Positions 1-7,875 are shown, numbered from the stretch's first letter. The stretch: DNA of 32,000 nucleotides from Marinicellulosiphila megalodicopiae (GCF_045862395.1 NZ_AP023087.1:4282450-4314449), one strand, 5' to 3'. Notes: generated by a model from the sequence alone, not told the origin. Numbers and translations: made by a program.

Positions 1-158
1 ATACTTACATCCGATAATTTCGGGTACACTTTTAATTCGAGTTGAATGCCATTACCAGTAACATTGAAAATATATAAATTACCAACAAGCTCATCTACTA
101 TTTCCTCTGGAATAGATTCCAAACATTCTATAAATTCAGTTTCATCCCACTTTAACAT
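1..158 (-). CDS. Hypothetical protein, N-terminal part only (runs off the window start); reverse-oriented ORF in a cassette
   Basis: Hand translation of the minus strand from the ATG at 158..156 gives MLKWDETEFIECLESIPEEIVDELVGNLYIFNVTGNGIQLELKVYPKLSDVS... with no stop before position 1. It is absent from the ORF track because it is truncated. I recognise no family. Confidence 0.35.
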   Translation of the reverse strand, partial: MLKWDETEFIECLESIPEEIVDELVGNLYIFNVTGNGIQLELKVYPKLSDVS

Positions 159-175
159 CTATAGTAATCCCGATA

Positions 176-279
176 GGCATATAACGCCGCAATAAGCGGT
201 GAGTAACAGTTGGCTAAAATGCAGCGAAGCGGAACGAGCCCACTGTTACGAATCCGACTTGATTGCCTTGTTAAATGCC
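176..279 (+). mobile_element. Integron attC recombination site 1
   Basis: The 5' box is GGCATATAAC (ATATAAC has one mismatch to RYYYAAC). An internal 8-bp inverted repeat is GTAACAGT (203-210) / ACTGTTAC (242-249). The 3' box GTTAAAT (270-276) fits GTTRRRY. The 5' 24 nt are nearly identical to those of attC 2. Confidence 0.75.
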
Positions 280-287
280 TGTATAAA
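259..287 (+). promoter_or_regulatory. Candidate sigma70 promoter for the sense-oriented cassette
   Basis: TTGATT (259-264), a 17-nt spacer, then TATAAA (282-287), about 37 nt upstream of the ATG at 324. It lies partly inside attC 1. The DNA is AT-rich, so a chance match is plausible. Confidence 0.25.
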
Positions 288-323
288 TCATGCATAGTAT
301 AAATTTTTCACGGGCACATAAAA

Positions 324-614
324 ATGACAGATATGACAGATTTAGAAGCAAGAATTACTGTATTAGAAGGTCAAATGCAGCAAGTGCTATCAAGCTTATC
401 ACTAATGGATAATTCATTAAATACTTTCGGTGATTACAAAAACCGAACAGGTGAAGAGTTAACCTTCATTGACAATCAAATCCAGATAATGATGAATACT
501 CTGGAATCTATCTTATCAAGCAATATGCATCAAACAGATCTTGTTAGAGCTAAGGCGTTAAAAAAACGACTTAAAAACAATCAAACTAGAGCAAGAAAAG
601 CTAAGGCATCCTAA
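324..614 (+). CDS. Small coiled-coil protein with a basic C-terminal tail (unknown function); first gene of a two-gene cassette
   Basis: 96-aa ORF. It has a heptad-like L/I/M pattern and ends KALKKRLKNNQTRARKAKAS. Its stop lies 2 nt before the next ATG, suggesting translational coupling. Confidence 0.6.
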   Translation: MTDMTDLEARITVLEGQMQQVLSSLSLMDNSLNTFGDYKNRTGEELTFIDNQIQIMMNTLESILSSNMHQTDLVRAKALKKRLKNNQTRARKAKAS

Positions 615-616
615 AA

Positions 617-1006
617 ATGGTAAACAAAGCTGATCGCTTAGAGCGCTTAAAAGTATTACAGGAACAAGCAAGAAACCAAGAGCAGACGAGCTATTACGGC
701 GTGTTCAGCGAAGTTAGCGATTGTGCGAATATTCTGAATACTCTCGATCCTCAAAAACGCAAACCTTGGTTAACTGATGTACTTAATGACATGTATGTTA
801 AGCAACAAGGTATTTGTCCTGAATGTGGTCTAAAAATGGATCATAACGACTATGAAGTAGATCACAAAGTCCCTCATAAATTTGGTGGTGGAAACGAATC
901 ATCAAATATTCAATTAGTTCACCCCAAATGTAATCGACTTAAAGGTTCAAGTGTTGATACTTCTGTTTTGCTTCGATATTTGGAAGATCGATATCAAAAT
1001 TTATAG
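617..1006 (+). CDS. HNH endonuclease family protein
   Basis: The zinc-finger HNH motif is CPECG...YEVDHKVPHKFGGGNESSNIQLVHPKCN (CxxC, catalytic DH, N, and terminal H..C). Confidence 0.85.
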   Translation: MVNKADRLERLKVLQEQARNQEQTSYYGVFSEVSDCANILNTLDPQKRKPWLTDVLNDMYVKQQGICPECGLKMDHNDYEVDHKVPHKFGGGNESSNIQLVHPKCNRLKGSSVDTSVLLRYLEDRYQNL

Positions 1007-1021
1007 CCGGATACTACGGAA

Positions 1022-1128
1022 GGCATTTAACGCCGCAATAAGCGGCAAGATAAATGTTGGCTATAATTGTTGTGAGGAACGAACAGCAGCCAACGTTTAG
1101 CTGTCCGGTTTAATTGCATTTGTTAGAC
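1022..1128 (+). mobile_element. Integron attC recombination site 2
   Basis: ATTTAAC (1025-1031) fits RYYYAAC. The internal inverted repeat is GTTGGCT (1056-1062) / AGCCAAC (1088-1094). GTTAGAC (1122-1128) fits GTTRRRY. Its 5' end GGCATTTAA (1022-1030) is the exact reverse complement of TTAAATGCC (271-279), the first bases of the cassette it closes. Confidence 0.85.
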
Positions 1129-1133
1129 TTACA

Positions 1134-1658
1134 TTACTCTGGACTTTTGAGTAATCCACTTTTGTATAATTCTCGCCACACGTTAATATACATTTGTTGA
1201 CCATCAAGATTATCTAAACAAACTGCAACTGTATCTCCTAAATTCCCAAGGAATACACTACTACCCTCTGTTTTATCAGATTCTAAATCAGCTAGCAAAG
1301 TAGTACGGATTGTTTGAGGTATTTGATCACCAAGAAACTTTGAAAACTCCCAAATTCTTTCAAATTTTTCTGGGCTGATATCTTCAGTTAACTCGCTGAC
1401 AACCATTGACATTGTTACTGCTAATTCTGCTCCATTTGAATAATCTGAAAACTGTTTGGATTTTGCTGGTGCGGCTTTTTCAATGATTTCAGATATTAAC
1501 TTTAAACTAGCTGCACAAACTCCCCATGCATGTGACTCTTCATCAGTAACGTTAATATTTATAAATTTTATAGAATCATCAACATAGCTTTCGCTGTTTG
1601 CATTTAATATCAAAGAAAACCCAATGGATAAAGTTAGTAATATTTTTTTCATAATCAT
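1134..1658 (-). CDS. Secreted hypothetical protein (cassette ORF, reverse orientation)
   Basis: 174-aa ORF with an N-terminal signal peptide (MIMKKILLTLSIGFSLILNANS). It fills the cassette between attC 2 and attC 3. I recognise no family motif. Confidence 0.65.
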   Translation of the reverse strand: MIMKKILLTLSIGFSLILNANSESYVDDSIKFININVTDEESHAWGVCAASLKLISEIIEKAAPAKSKQFSDYSNGAELAVTMSMVVSELTEDISPEKFERIWEFSKFLGDQIPQTIRTTLLADLESDKTEGSSVFLGNLGDTVAVCLDNLDGQQMYINVWRELYKSGLLKSPE

Positions 1659-1689
1659 CCTAATTTTAGTTGATTAATGTAGATATGAA

Positions 1690-1805
1690 GTCTAACGCTC
1701 TAATAAACCGCGCAACAACGCGGAGCTTTCATTGTGTAAACTTCGCGAAGCGAAACACAATGAAAGCGGAGTGTTTTGCGTCGGTTTTAATTAGCTTTGT
1801 TATAT
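1690..1805 (+). mobile_element. Integron attC recombination site 3 (last in the window)
   Basis: GTCTAAC (1690-1696) fits RYYYAAC and is the exact reverse complement of GTTAGAC at 1122-1128, whose TTAGAC starts this cassette. There is a 13-bp perfect inverted repeat, GCTTTCATTGTGT (1725-1737) / ACACAATGAAAGC (1755-1767), around the palindrome CTTCGCGAAG. The 3' box GTTATAT (1799-1805) has one mismatch to GTTRRRY. Confidence 0.75.
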
Positions 1806-2387
1806 TTTTAGTTGTTTATATGCAACATTTAAGGATAAATAAAGATCTAAACGACCTTGAAGTATTTTATCTCGCCACTCTTCAGTCTGTTTAATTTCCA
1901 TTTCTTTATTTTCTCTCGATGCGTATCTATAAAAGTTAGATATGATATCGCCATAATTTCTAAGCGCCAATTGTTGATCTACGCAACCCAATAATAATAG
2001 GCGACCTTCAGAATTAGTGACACCCTTAAATAAAGTAAATATCTCTTCACGTAACAATGTTATTTTGTCATTTTTATCATAAGGTGCTTTAGGGTTTTTT
2101 GACCATTCAATTATGAATGCCCAATACTTCAAAAGAGCATGAGTCATTTCTTCAATTTCAGATGTAACAGATTCAAGAGTTTCTCTATGTTTTGTAATAT
2201 ATTCTTTTTCAATCGATTTTGAATGGTTATGCTTAGCAAGTGAATATGCTGAGACACCACTAATTAAAGCACCAAAACCAATTTTAATAGCAGTATCTGC
2301 AATTTCTATCCATGTGGTTGCCACAATTCTATCCTCTAAAATATAACATGTTATTAGACGGATTTTTTCTTCATTTCGCATTTTCAA
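1800..2387 (-). CDS. Hypothetical protein with one predicted TM helix, immediately beyond the last attC
   Basis: 195-aa ORF. It has a hydrophobic segment (IKIGFGALISGVSAYSL) and the rest is helical and charged. Its stop codon abuts the attC 3 crossover point. Confidence 0.55.
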   Translation of the reverse strand: MKMRNEEKIRLITCYILEDRIVATTWIEIADTAIKIGFGALISGVSAYSLAKHNHSKSIEKEYITKHRETLESVTSEIEEMTHALLKYWAFIIEWSKNPKAPYDKNDKITLLREEIFTLFKGVTNSEGRLLLLGCVDQQLALRNYGDIISNFYRYASRENKEMEIKQTEEWRDKILQGRLDLYLSLNVAYKQLKI

Positions 2388-2850
2388 TAGTTACCGTCGA
2401 TTTATTTGAATAACACAATATACATGAGCTCAAACACAATTAAAATTACTAAAACAACTATTTTTTTGAAGTAAATACGGAATATGTCTTTGCTATTTTA
2501 GAGTCTTGATATAAAAACATAGCAAATTGCAGAAACACGGAAAAATAGATAGCAAAAAGAAATAGGGAAAAATTCTGTCTATCTGATAATTAACATCCCA
2601 TGGGTTATGGGAGTTTTCTAAAATTTAAATGAAAATCGAGTAATTAAAGTGATATTACAACGTATTTAGTAACAACTCCCTGTACATTCAAATTTTGAAT
2701 TTTGAGAAATATGGATATTTTCCATATTTCTTGTCCGCCTATTTTTTTTTACTATTTTTCTGTCTTTGAGCTGGATTTACTATTTTTTTGGCTAAATCTG
2801 GATATCCAGTCAGCAATAATAGGGAAAATATGTAACTCCTTTTTTATAGA

Positions 2851-3162
2851 TTTGGATAGTTTTTTCGTAATGAATCACGAACCTACAGTGAGATTAATTT
2901 CTATATCGAGGTCTACGTGTGGGTGATATTTTCGTGTTGATTTGGATTGTTTTTTCCGAATAAATCCGGAACCTACAGGTGAGATTAATTTCTGCATTGA
3001 GGACGACGTGTGGATGGTGTTTTTCGTTTTGTTTTGGATAGTTTTTCCGAATAAATCCGGAACCTACAGGTGAGATTAATTTCTGCATTGAGGACGACGT
3101 GTGGATGGTGTTTTTTTCGTTTTGTTTTGGATAGTGTTTTCGTAATGAATCACGAACCTACA
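2851..3162. repeat. Tandem repeat of roughly 92 bp, about 3.4 copies, each with an 18-nt hairpin
   Basis: Units start at 2851, 2941, 3033 and 3126. Copies 2 and 3 are nearly identical; copies 1 and 4 are diverged. The shared core is TTGGAT(A/T)G, a T-run, the hairpin, then GAACCTACAG(G)TGAGATTAATTTCT. Confidence 0.9.
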
Positions 3163-3540
3163 AAAGCTTATCCTGTTAGTTAAATTTTCGGTAACGTCTT
3201 ACGGCTTGCCCCCTTCGTTTCTTCTATATAGATTAACCTATATTTTCGTTTGGTATTGTATACATCGAGTCGCTCAATTGGCCTATAAATCTATTCAGCG
3301 ATGGTATTAAATTTTTTATTTTTTGAAGAATTATGATGTGAGTAATATTTGGACCACAAAGGCTTTTAAGGGTTTGCTTTTTGATTGCTGCTTTGTTTGT
3401 CTATGGTTATGAAAATCGAGCGAATGCTGAATCAGCTTCGGCTTTGATTTTCCTGCGGAGCAATTTCAAATAAAAAGAGAGTTTCTAGCTGTCCCCCACG
3501 CACTTTATTACAAAAGAAACACATCACTTTCAATTTGAGT

Positions 3541-3579
3541 GTCTGACTATACCGTCTGACTAAACCTTCTGACTATGCC
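3541..3579. repeat. Triple 13-bp direct repeat
   Basis: Three head-to-tail units: GTCTGACTATACC, GTCTGACTAAACC and TTCTGACTATGCC. They lie in a roughly 650-bp region with no ORF. Confidence 0.85.
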
Positions 3580-3755
3580 GATTCAGGTCAACCAAATAGC
3601 CAGCCACTTTAATTGTTGAAACATCGATTATTGCTAATTTATATTTAGTAATGTCCGTTGAACAAAGATACCCAAACAGCTGACGTAAAACTCATAATTC
3701 TTCCATTAGCGCGACAAGTCTAATAAATAATAATGATATTTTTTAACAAAATTAT

Positions 3756-4403
3756 TTATACACTGTTTACTTTTTTTGCCACAATAAATAATGCTGCTTT
3801 TTCATGTGGCTGCCATTTATATTCTATTTTAAATCCCACTTTTTCAAATTGCTCAACTAACTCATCACAAGAAAACTTCATAACCAAAGGTGCTACCCCA
3901 AGTTTTGTCATAATAGGTAATATCCATTGCAATATCTTGGACTGCTGCTTTAAACAAGTTGTACTACTAATAAGCACTGCATCTTTGGGAAGGGAATGAT
4001 ATATTTTTTGTATCACTTCAGTGTAATTAGGCAATAAATGAAAGACACTCAATGCCAATACCATTTCATACTGATCTTTTTTTATTTCAAAATCATCTAT
4101 ACCCGTTTGAACAAATTGAATATTGTCGATGCCTTTTTGTTTTGCTTGCTGTATACCTACATTCAATAACGGTTCGCAGTAATCAATCGCCGTATAATGC
4201 TTTACATTGGGCGCATGTTTAATTGCCGTGCCGCCAGTTGCACATCCTATTTCTAAAATCGATGTATTTTTATCGTAGTATTTTTTTGTTTCCTCTAATT
4301 TGTGTTGATAAGCAGCTTCATCTGCAATGGGTTGACTTGCATATTTACTGGACATTTTATTCCAAAATTTAAGACCTTGATTCATGACATCTCCTAATTG
4401 CAC
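3756..4403 (-). CDS. Class I SAM-dependent methyltransferase
   Basis: 215-aa ORF with motif I ILEIGCATGGTA and a typical post-I acidic residue context (AIDYCEP). Confidence 0.85.
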   Translation of the reverse strand: MQLGDVMNQGLKFWNKMSSKYASQPIADEAAYQHKLEETKKYYDKNTSILEIGCATGGTAIKHAPNVKHYTAIDYCEPLLNVGIQQAKQKGIDNIQFVQTGIDDFEIKKDQYEMVLALSVFHLLPNYTEVIQKIYHSLPKDAVLISSTTCLKQQSKILQWILPIMTKLGVAPLVMKFSCDELVEQFEKVGFKIEYKWQPHEKAALFIVAKKVNSV

Positions 4404-4476
4404 TGGTTACTTGAAAGAGCATATCAAAAAAAATTTGAAATACACTATGACCATTGGATATAAATCACACACAAAT

Positions 4477-4512
4477 AAAAAAAGTCACAAAGATTACTCT
4501 TTGTGACTTTTT
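4477..4512 (-). terminator. Rho-independent terminator downstream of the GH16 gene (bidirectional shape)
   Basis: Perfect 10-bp stem AGTCACAAAG (4483-4492) / CTTTGTGACT (4499-4508). It is flanked by an A7 run, which reads as T7 on the minus strand after the hairpin, and by a T5 run. Confidence 0.65.
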
Positions 4513-4537
4513 AATTAAGCGTTAAATTTTATAAAAA

Positions 4538-7348
4538 TTATTCGCCTCTATAATGATCTAATGTAATTTTCAAAATACCACCACTTGCGCTGACTTGATT
4601 TGGACTAAATTTCGCATCGTTTTCACCAAAAGTCCAATTCGCTAGACTCCAACGGTTAGTATCAAGAGTATTAAAATCATCAGTCCACTGCAATACAAAA
4701 TTACCTGTGTTTTGATCAAGTGATGAGTATGACAAGTAATCTAATTCCATAGAAACTGGATACACAGAATCATCAATCGCTCCCACCCACTCTGCAATAT
4801 TTGCAGGCCAAAGGTTTAAACGTATTCCTTGCAGACTTGTTAAACTTGCGTATTGATCAACTGTCATATTTTCTTTTCCTGCTCTAGACAAAAATTGTCC
4901 ATCTAAGAAAAATTCAACACGATCTGGATACCAATCCATACGGTACAAATGAAAATCATCTGCTAAAGATTGTACTTGTGTATGCAGTGCATCACTTGTA
5001 ATACGCTCTGACGCTTTACCAGTAATAATATTCGTTTGTAAATCAACGGCATTATTTTTACCTAACACCTCCATATCAATTTCTTCCCAAGGCTCAGGAT
5101 CGACTTCACTGCCATTTTTGTAAGTAAAATAACCATTAACAATACCACTACCTTTTGCCGCTTTCATTCTTAATTCAATACTACCGTATAGATATAGATC
5201 TTCGGAGTAGATTTCGCCGGATGAATATAGCTTGTCATCGTTTAACGAATAATCAACTTCTTTAGGTGGCGTTACAATAACCGAACCGTCCGATTTTGAA
5301 ATTTCTAAATATTTAATTCTGATCGCTTCTTCTTTATATAGTTTTGGAAGATTTAAAGCAGCAAACTGATTATTATCACTTTGTTGTGTACCAGTTAAAT
5401 AATTACGGTAAGTATTTCGCGATTTTGTTTCAGCAACAAAACTCATGTCCGATGGAACCAAATCTTTTACATCATTAAAAGAAACAGTTTGTACACCCCA
5501 GTTTGCAACTTCTTCACGATAAATTAAACTGCTCACTGGCACGCTAACTCTTAGCCATTGATCATGGTAATCACGATCAATCGTTAAATTAATTGTGCCA
5601 TGAACATCACCTTGCGTCGCATAATCATCACCAGGAATAGGATCAACGCCGTCGTAGTTTAATTGGATATCTAAGTAAAATTCACCATCGTCAAATTCAT
5701 CAAGTTGCGCTGAGGTTAAACCACTATATGCACTGCGAACTTCTGTATTAGTTGGTAATACTGAGTTTGCAGAATCGATATAAATATCCATTGTGATCGT
5801 ACCTAAATCTGCAAACGATGCATTATCATTTGAAACTGGGAATTTAAATCCATTACCATGCTGTGAATCCCAATCTGTATATTTTTTCACTAGAATATTG
5901 TTGATTGATTGTGCACCGTTACAGTTAGCATTCGCGGTATAGCCTTTATCAATCACGTAGTCAGCCGTTGATTGAGCGATACCATCCCATTCTGTTGCAT
6001 TAGAATTCACATGACTCCAATCGTTATTGATGTTTGACATAGAGCCATCAACCAATAAATATCCGTCATGATCAATTACAGGATTTAAACCACATGTATT
6101 TATTGCATACAGTTTATGTTGAGCGCCTGCTGGAAGTGCAATTAACGAATAACTTTCATCTCCAGTTGTGACTGCAGCTTCTACTGTAATCATCACAGGT
6201 GTTTCAATTGTATTAATGCTATCTTTGACAGTAAACGTAGCAGTATACACACCTTCATTTACAATTGTGGTAGTTGCAGTTTCGCTATTAAATGCTTCAT
6301 CATTTATTAACCATGAATAGCTTAAATTTGCATCATCTGCATCGGTTGCTGTTCCAGAAACAGTAAATGACTGTCCTGCTGTAACTGTGTAACTTGAATT
6401 AACGCTCACAACGGGTGCCACATTTAATTCAACTAACACGCTGATTGTTTTTATAGTTGGCTGATTTATTGAATCATCTGCCGTTAACTCAACTAAAAAA
6501 GTTTGGCTTGGTTGAGTTAAAGAAAAAATATGAGTTGGATTTTCTAAAGTTGAATCTCCTCCATCTTTAAAATCCCAATAATAGGTTATGCCATCACTTT
6601 CAGGATCAGAGGCATTTGCCATAAAATCCACCGAAACGGTATCAATAGTTTTTACACCAATTTGAAATGAAGGATTAGCAACAGGCGGATAATTTACTCC
6701 AACTTGTTTAGCAGGTACTGTAACTTCAACCATTTTAGTAGCTTTATTATTATCAGTGTCTGTTACGCTTAGTTCGACATTATGCACTACTATTGAATCA
6801 CCTAATACATAGTCATGAATTGGGTTTTCTAAACTTGAATCATTACCATCTTTAAAGTCCCAAAAATAAGTTAATTGATCGCCATCTGCATCTGCAGCAT
6901 TTGCTGTAAACGTAGCAGAGCCAGTCGAGGAAATTTGAACAACCGGATCAAGTGTAGGTGTCCTATTTTCACTTGAAGTAACAGCAGGAACAAATACATT
7001 TACAATTTTAGATTTAAATTCTCCTTTACTGTCATACACAGTTAATTCAACTTCATAAGTTGCATCCTCATTCAATTCAGGAAATTTATGTTCAAATGAT
7101 GTTGCGCTTGATGATGTCGGTGAACCATCTTTAAAATTCCAGACATAAATTAAACTGTCGCCATCAGCATCGAATACTGTTGGGTTAAGTGTCACTGTAT
7201 TATTTACTGCTGTTGTTGTGTTAAAACTAACCACAGGGGCTGCGTTATCTTCAGTATTTGTATTATTTGATGTTGACTCAGGATCAACACAACCTACGCC
7301 TGCAAAAATTGCAATGCTGCTGGCCGCACAAAGCGCTTTAAAGTTCAT
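4538..7348 (-). CDS. Secreted or lipoprotein multi-domain glycoside hydrolase: 4 PKD-like repeats, an unassigned middle region and a C-terminal GH16 beta-glucanase (laminarinase-like) domain
   Basis: The N-terminal signal has a Cys (AIFAGVGC). The PKD-type motif recurs as YVWNFKDG, YFWDFKDG, YYWDFKDG and YSWLINDE. The GH16 catalytic motif EEIDMEVLG (ExDxE) is near the C-terminus. Confidence 0.9.
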   Translation of the reverse strand: MNFKALCAASSIAIFAGVGCVDPESTSNNTNTEDNAAPVVSFNTTTAVNNTVTLNPTVFDADGDSLIYVWNFKDGSPTSSSATSFEHKFPELNEDATYEVELTVYDSKGEFKSKIVNVFVPAVTSSENRTPTLDPVVQISSTGSATFTANAADADGDQLTYFWDFKDGNDSSLENPIHDYVLGDSIVVHNVELSVTDTDNNKATKMVEVTVPAKQVGVNYPPVANPSFQIGVKTIDTVSVDFMANASDPESDGITYYWDFKDGGDSTLENPTHIFSLTQPSQTFLVELTADDSINQPTIKTISVLVELNVAPVVSVNSSYTVTAGQSFTVSGTATDADDANLSYSWLINDEAFNSETATTTIVNEGVYTATFTVKDSINTIETPVMITVEAAVTTGDESYSLIALPAGAQHKLYAINTCGLNPVIDHDGYLLVDGSMSNINNDWSHVNSNATEWDGIAQSTADYVIDKGYTANANCNGAQSINNILVKKYTDWDSQHGNGFKFPVSNDNASFADLGTITMDIYIDSANSVLPTNTEVRSAYSGLTSAQLDEFDDGEFYLDIQLNYDGVDPIPGDDYATQGDVHGTINLTIDRDYHDQWLRVSVPVSSLIYREEVANWGVQTVSFNDVKDLVPSDMSFVAETKSRNTYRNYLTGTQQSDNNQFAALNLPKLYKEEAIRIKYLEISKSDGSVIVTPPKEVDYSLNDDKLYSSGEIYSEDLYLYGSIELRMKAAKGSGIVNGYFTYKNGSEVDPEPWEEIDMEVLGKNNAVDLQTNIITGKASERITSDALHTQVQSLADDFHLYRMDWYPDRVEFFLDGQFLSRAGKENMTVDQYASLTSLQGIRLNLWPANIAEWVGAIDDSVYPVSMELDYLSYSSLDQNTGNFVLQWTDDFNTLDTNRWSLANWTFGENDAKFSPNQVSASGGILKITLDHYRGE

Positions 7349-7585
7349 TTATCTTCCTCTTCTCATAGAATGAGAATGTAAATTAATAGTGATGAAATAT
7401 GTTTAAATTTTTATTATAAAAAATTAATAAATTGCTTATAAAATTTTAGGTCAAATATAGTCAACCTTTTAAAATTACAAATCAATGTCACTATATTTTG
7501 ATATATAAATTGTGAGACCTAATAGACATAAAATCGCCTACTAATTTACAAAACATTACATAAAGGTATACTTTAAATACATTAT

Positions 7586-7612
7586 AGTTATGTGACACAG
7601 TGTCACATAACT
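7586..7612. promoter_or_regulatory. 27-bp perfect palindrome, candidate operator upstream of the GH16 gene
   Basis: AGTTATGTGACAC-A-GTGTCACATAACT has 13-bp arms around one central base. It lies about 240 bp upstream of the GH16 start codon. Confidence 0.4.
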
Positions 7613-7875
7613 CGAAAATACCCTTTAAAATAAGACCTTTTAACAGACAAAATTTCTAAAAAAATCCAAAACTTCATACAAAACATAACATTAATTTTGT
7701 ATTTTCTTATTAATTAAGCAATTGGAGTGATTATAGAATTTGTTTAAATTTAATGATAAAAACCTTTGTACTGAGTCATTATTTTTTCATACTCAGTTCA
7801 TCCTTTATTAAAAAATCTTCCTTGATTTTATATTGTTAAGTAGCTTTTAAATAACTATGTTTAGTACTTTTTTTT

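Larger units (their letters stand above)
1..1805 (+). mobile_element. Distal end of an integron gene-cassette array (integrase and attI would lie upstream, off-window)
   Basis: Three co-oriented attC-like sites sit at 176-279, 1022-1128 and 1690-1805. They delimit cassettes of about 850 and 680 bp. The junctions are hybrids across the G|TT crossover point (details in the individual attC entries). Confidence 0.8.

Noticed and set aside
1670-1894. Track ORF 1670..1894 (+), 74 aa
   Set aside because: It reads straight through attC site 3 and overlaps the 3' end of the minus-strand ORF 1800..2387. It is most likely spurious.
2341-2352. ATATAAC inside the palindrome ATAACATGTTAT, as a possible cognate 5' box of a fourth attC (the DNA after attC 3 starts TTATAT)
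   Set aside because: No L-box inverted repeats or GTTRRRY partner lie at attC-like distance. It also sits inside the N-terminal codons of ORF 1800..2387. I treat it as coincidence or at most a decayed remnant.
2702-3088. Track ORFs 2702..2926 (+) and 2894..3088 (-)
   Set aside because: Both lie in or run into the tandem repeat and T-rich DNA. Their sequences are low-complexity (FFYYFSVFELDLLFFW...) and they have no recognisable start context. They are likely repeat-generated artefacts.
2851-3162. A possible CRISPR array, given regularly spaced repeats with a hairpin
   Set aside because: The whole 92-bp unit repeats, including the stretches that would be spacers. There are no unique spacers and no cas genes nearby. 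It is a tandem repeat, not a CRISPR array.
3733-3999. Track ORF 3733..3999 (+)
   Set aside because: It is antisense to the methyltransferase gene, which has a clear SAM-binding motif.
7591-7607. A CRP/cAMP receptor binding site (TGTGA...TCACA) within the 27-bp palindrome
   Set aside because: The spacer between TGTGA and TCACA is 7 nt, not the canonical 6, and the symmetry extends well beyond a CRP site. It is probably a different regulator.
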